From: an uncultured Clostridium sp.
Lineage (GTDB): Bacteria; Bacillota; Clostridia; TANB77; CAG-508
Length of the DNA stretch: 64,000 nucleotides
NCBI GenBank assembly: GCA_964507565.1
Contig: CAZDPV010000002.1
Span: forward strand, 24,879-88,878
Direction of reading: 5' to 3'
Shown: positions 60,136-64,000 of the stretch, piece by piece
How positions within the stretch are numbered: the stretch's first letter is position 1
How the letters are laid out: every line of letters starts with the position of its first letter
Notes under the pieces: model-generated
Told to the model about the DNA's origin: nothing
Databases searched by the model: none
Seen by the model: the letters and a program-made list of their open reading frames with translations, nothing else
Position numbers and translations under genes: made by a program

Positions 60136-62769
60136 ATGGAAAGAAAAAACAAACATATAAGAGAAGATAAAGCAATAAAGAAAGAAGAAAAAATCATAAA
60201 CAAAAAAGACAAAAAGATGAAAAAAAAGCATCCTAAATTGAGACTAGCAATAAAAATAATTCTAATATTATTCTTAGTAACAATAATAGCTGGAATAGCT
60301 ACAGTAGTGGCAATATTTAAAACAGATAAATGGGCAATTACAAAAGAACAACTTTTAAATGAGGCAGGAGCAACCATTTATGATATTAACGGAAACGAAA
60401 TAGCAACACTTACTGGAGACGAAATAAACAAAAAAATAGCATTAACAGAAATGGGAAAGGTACCAGAAGCGTTTATTTCAATAGAGGATGAAAGGTTTTA
60501 TGAGCATAATGGAATTGATCTTACAAGAACACTTCATGCAATTGTAAAATACATATTAAGCGCTGGAAAGACATCATTTGGTGGAAGCACAATAACACAG
60601 CAACTTGTAAAAATAACAATGAAAGATGACAGTAGGTCAGGTATTGCAGGAGTTGAAAGAAAAATAAGAGAATGGTCAAGAGCAGTACAAGTAGAAAAAA
60701 TGCTTACCAAGGATCAAATAATTGAAAGATATTTAAATAGGATTTATCTAGGATCTTCATCGGGACTTGAAGTTAGGGGTGTAGAGGCAGCAGCAAATTA
60801 TTACTTCAACAAAGTTGCCAAAGACTTAAGCATTGCACAATCAGCATTTATTGCTGGAATAAACCATTCACCTGCATATTATAATCCATTTACATCTACA
60901 AAAGACATATCAGAAAAGATAAAAGATAGAACATTAACAGTACTTGGAAAAATGCATGAATTAAAGAAAATATCAGATGATGAATATAATCAAGCAGTTG
61001 AAGAAACAAAAAATGGATTAAAATTTGAGCAAGGCAAAGTATCAAATGGTAAAGGAGATTTATCATACCATACTGCAGCAGCAATAAACCAAATTGCAAA
61101 CGAATTATCTGACAAAAATGATATTTCTTATAATGAAGCAAGAGAATTACTTGTAAACAGTGGATACAAAATTCATACAACAGTGGATAATAATGTTCAA
61201 AAGAATATGGAAACAACTTTTCAAAATGATAAATACATATACAAAGGAAGTTATGCTAAAGATCCAAATGATAGATATGGTCAATCAGCAATGGTAATAA
61301 TAGATCCTAGTACAGGATACGTTGTTGGAGAAGTTGGAGGATTAGGCTCAGATCAAAATACATTGGGATTAAATAGAGGAATTTCAAAAAGACAAGGTGG
61401 ATCAGCATTTAAACCTTTAGTAACAATAGCACCGGGACTTGAAAACAAAGTCATTACAGCCTCAACACTGTTTTATGATGTTAAGACTACATTTGGAAGC
61501 AACTATACTGTTTCTAATGATGGGAATTCTTATTATGGAATTGCAAATATGAGAACTATATTAACTCATTCGTGCAATGTTCCAGAAATAAAACTACTAT
61601 CAATAATGGGAACAAATAAAGCACAAGATTTCTTATCACAAATAAATATAAAAATGGATGCTGCATCAGCAGGATTAAGTATGGCACTTGGCACAGTTGA
61701 TATAAGCCCAGTACAAATGGCAGCTGGTTATGCAATGCTTGCAAACGGTGGAACATATATTACTCCAACATTCTATACAAAAGTAGAAGACAAAGATGGG
61801 AATACAATAATTGAATCTAAACAAGATAAAAAGAGAGTAATGTCCGAAGCTAATGCATATATAGAAGCATCATTGCTACAAGGACCAGTTAAAAGTGGAA
61901 CAGCATCATCATTTAGAAATTATCTAGGAAGCATGGATGTAGCAGGAAAAACAGGAACGACAGATGGAGCAATAGACAGATGGTTTTGCGGATTTACTCC
62001 ATATTATGCTGCAGCTTGTTGGTATGGAAATGATAACAACAACGCATCATTCTATAATTCGAATTCTGGAGGAAACAATCCAGCAGGAACATTATGGTTT
62101 AACACAATGAAATTAGTACACAGCGAATTAGAGGTTAAAAAATTTGCAAGACCAGATGATATAGTAGAAGTTACAGTTTGCAAGGCTTCTGGTAAAAAGG
62201 CAACAGATAAATGCACAGATACATATACTGAAATATTTGCTAAGGATAATATTCCTGGAGATTGTGACGCACATACATCTACAGTTAAGGTTTGTAAAGA
62301 ATCGGGAAAGTTGGCAACTGAATTCTGTACAGATACTGAGGAAAGAAATGTAGGATATGTAATTGAAACAGAAAAAAATGCATCATGGAGTCCAAGACAA
62401 GACGAATCATCAGTACCTACTGAAAAATGTAACATTCATACACAAGCACAAAAATTTGATGTGCCAAATGTAATTGGAAAGTCACAAGCATCAGCAACTA
62501 AGGCTTTAGAAGATGCAGGATTTAAAGTTAAAATAGAAAAAGATAATGATAAGACAAAAGCTAAAGGCGTTGTGCTAAAACAAAGCGAAACAAAAGCACC
62601 TAAAGGTGCAGAAATTATTATAAGCATAAATCAATATGACGGTTCATCAAATACAACAGATGATGACCCAAAAAACAACACTACTGGAAATACGAATACA
62701 ACAGAACCACCCGCAAAAAATGAAACAACAGGAAATAAAACGGAAGAGAATAAAACAGCAGGAGAATAA
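60136..62769 (+). CDS. Class A penicillin-binding protein (bifunctional GT51 transglycosylase/transpeptidase, PBP1A-type) with Cys-rich modules and a PASTA domain
   Basis: AGGAGG RBS and an N-terminal anchor. The GT51 motifs are EDERFYEHNGID, GGSTITQQLVK and RKIREW. The TP motifs are SAFKP (SxxK), SCN (SxN) and KTGTT. The C-terminal part has two C-K-x-SGK-x-AT-x-x-C modules and the PASTA-like FDVPNVIGKSQASATKALEDAGFKVKIE. Confidence 0.93.
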   Translation: MERKNKHIREDKAIKKEEKIINKKDKKMKKKHPKLRLAIKIILILFLVTIIAGIATVVAIFKTDKWAITKEQLLNEAGATIYDINGNEIATLTGDEINKKIALTEMGKVPEAFISIEDERFYEHNGIDLTRTLHAIVKYILSAGKTSFGGSTITQQLVKITMKDDSRSGIAGVERKIREWSRAVQVEKMLTKDQIIERYLNRIYLGSSSGLEVRGVEAAANYYFNKVAKDLSIAQSAFIAGINHSPAYYNPFTSTKDISEKIKDRTLTVLGKMHELKKISDDEYNQAVEETKNGLKFEQGKVSNGKGDLSYHTAAAINQIANELSDKNDISYNEARELLVNSGYKIHTTVDNNVQKNMETTFQNDKYIYKGSYAKDPNDRYGQSAMVIIDPSTGYVVGEVGGLGSDQNTLGLNRGISKRQGGSAFKPLVTIAPGLENKVITASTLFYDVKTTFGSNYTVSNDGNSYYGIANMRTILTHSCNVPEIKLLSIMGTNKAQDFLSQINIKMDAASAGLSMALGTVDISPVQMAAGYAMLANGGTYITPTFYTKVEDKDGNTIIESKQDKKRVMSEANAYIEASLLQGPVKSGTASSFRNYLGSMDVAGKTGTTDGAIDRWFCGFTPYYAAACWYGNDNNNASFYNSNSGGNNPAGTLWFNTMKLVHSELEVKKFARPDDIVEVTVCKASGKKATDKCTDTYTEIFAKDNIPGDCDAHTSTVKVCKESGKLATEFCTDTEERNVGYVIETEKNASWSPRQDESSVPTEKCNIHTQAQKFDVPNVIGKSQASATKALEDAGFKVKIEKDNDKTKAKGVVLKQSETKAPKGAEIIISINQYDGSSNTTDDDPKNNTTGNTNTTEPPAKNETTGNKTEENKTAGE

Positions 62770-62800
62770 TATAAAATTAGAATCATAAGTGGAGGATTAA

Positions 62801-64000
62801 ATGCAAATAAAACTATATAATACATTAACACATAAAAAAGAAGAATTTATTCCTATAAAACAAAAAGAAGTTAGCATTTATAGCTGTGGACCAACAGTCT
62901 ACAGCTATGCCCATATAGGCAATTTCAGAACATATATATTTGTTGATAGCCTTAGGAGAATGTTTAAATATAATGGATATAAATTAAATCATGTTATGAA
63001 TATTACAGATGTTGGACACTTAACATCTGATGCAGATACGGGCGAAGACAAAATGGAAAAGGCTGCAAAAAAAGAAGGAAAAAATCCTTATGAAATTGCA
63101 CAATTCTATACTGATGCATTTATGAAAGACATAGCAAGTCTTAATATAGATAGTCCAAACATCATAACAAAAGCAACTGACAACATAAATCAGATGGAAG
63201 AAATGGTAAAAGAAATAATCAAAAATGGTTATGCGTATGAAACAAGTAAAGGAATATACTTTGATGTTTCAAAGCTAGATAAATATCCTGTACTTTCTAA
63301 CAATGATGTATCAGGGCAAGAAGCAGGGGCAAGAATAGAAGTAGACAAAGAAAAAAGAAATCCATACGATTTTGCAATTTGGATAAAAGCACCTGAAAAT
63401 CATATAATGAAATGGGATAGCCCATGGGGAAAAGCTTATCCTGGCTGGCATATAGAGTGCTCTACCATGGGGAGAAGATTTTTAGGAGAACATTTTGATA
63501 TACATACAGGAGGAGTAGACCATATTCCAGTACATCATGAAAATGAAATAGCACAGTGCAAAGGAGCTTTTGGACATAACCCAGCTAATTTTTGGATGCA
63601 TTGCGAATTTCTACTAGTAGACAATGGGAAAATGTCAAAATCACTCGGAAATGTATACACCCTTACACAGCTAAGTGAAAAAGGATTAGAACCTTTAGCA
63701 TATAAACTATTTTGCTTTAGCTCTCATTACAGAAATAAGCTTAATTTCACATTTGAGGGAATTGCCTCGAGCCAAAAAGCATTAAATAGATTAAGAGAAG
63801 GATTTCTTAAAAACAAAAATGGAAGTGATTGTATTTCGGAAAATACAATAAAGGAATATGAAAACAGATTTCACGAAGCTATAAATGATGACTTAAATAT
63901 GCCTCTAGCGATAGGAGTTATTTGGGATGTTATTAGAAATGAAAAAAAATCAAAACAATTCGCAGATCTTATTCTTAAATTTGATGAAGTGTTAGGACTA
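62801..64000 (+). CDS. cysS: Cysteine--tRNA ligase (3' end outside window)
   Basis: ATG at 62801 lies 5 nt after GGAGG (62791-62795). MQIKLYNTLTHKKEEFIP...YSCGPTVYSYAHIGNFR carries the HIGH motif as HIGN. WPGWHIECS and GKMSKSLGN (KMSKS) are present. The frame is open to the window end. It is missing from the ORF track because no stop is reached. Confidence 0.93.
   Translation, partial: MQIKLYNTLTHKKEEFIPIKQKEVSIYSCGPTVYSYAHIGNFRTYIFVDSLRRMFKYNGYKLNHVMNITDVGHLTSDADTGEDKMEKAAKKEGKNPYEIAQFYTDAFMKDIASLNIDSPNIITKATDNINQMEEMVKEIIKNGYAYETSKGIYFDVSKLDKYPVLSNNDVSGQEAGARIEVDKEKRNPYDFAIWIKAPENHIMKWDSPWGKAYPGWHIECSTMGRRFLGEHFDIHTGGVDHIPVHHENEIAQCKGAFGHNPANFWMHCEFLLVDNGKMSKSLGNVYTLTQLSEKGLEPLAYKLFCFSSHYRNKLNFTFEGIASSQKALNRLREGFLKNKNGSDCISENTIKEYENRFHEAINDDLNMPLAIGVIWDVIRNEKKSKQFADLILKFDEVLGL

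Overview
This is a 64-kb chromosomal window from a very AT-rich, endospore-forming low-GC Firmicute. The assignment rests on SpoIVA, WhiA, RemA, CdaA and a T-box leader. GC content was not computed, but the tRNAs and one ncRNA stand out by eye as GC-rich islands. Almost every gene is on the + strand; only spoIVA and mutS2 are on the - strand. I saw no transposase, integrase, CRISPR array or rRNA. The most interesting region is nt 1-21562, a tightly packed co-directional array of 11 ORFs. It holds an atypical F-type ATPase gene set: a c-like proteolipid, a b-delta-like stalk, then alpha, gamma, beta and a short epsilon, in the canonical order. There is no recognisable a subunit, and the c-like protein has no ion-binding carboxylate. 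This gene set sits between giant FN3/Ig-repeat surface proteins and a 3018-aa protein with a membrane anchor at both ends, which also carries a CBM-like domain and GLUG-type beta-helix repeats. I propose it is an undescribed ATP-hydrolysis-driven, F1-derived rotary module dedicated to a giant cell-surface apparatus. It would be conceptually comparable to the F1-like ATPase clusters of mycoplasmas, such as the M. mobile gliding motor. This is inference and needs whole-genome and structural checks. The rest of the window is housekeeping. It contains a Thr T-box leader with thrS and a degenerate truncated ThrRS paralogue coupled to an unknown 732-aa protein, then spoIVA and a candidate split GlmU pair. 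Next come rimP-nusA-infB-rbfA-nrnA-truB (IF2 has a very long N/R-rich insert) and a 6S-like RNA. After that come prmC, whiA, hemW, cdaA, truA and a frameshifted mutS2. Then come ftsEX with two coiled-coil M23 peptidases and a Ctp protease, tRNA-Val/Asp/Phe, and a GH25 lysin. The window ends with rsmE, remA, rpoZ, a CMP-kinase-like protein, a decayed dprA, a class A PBP and the 5' part of cysS.
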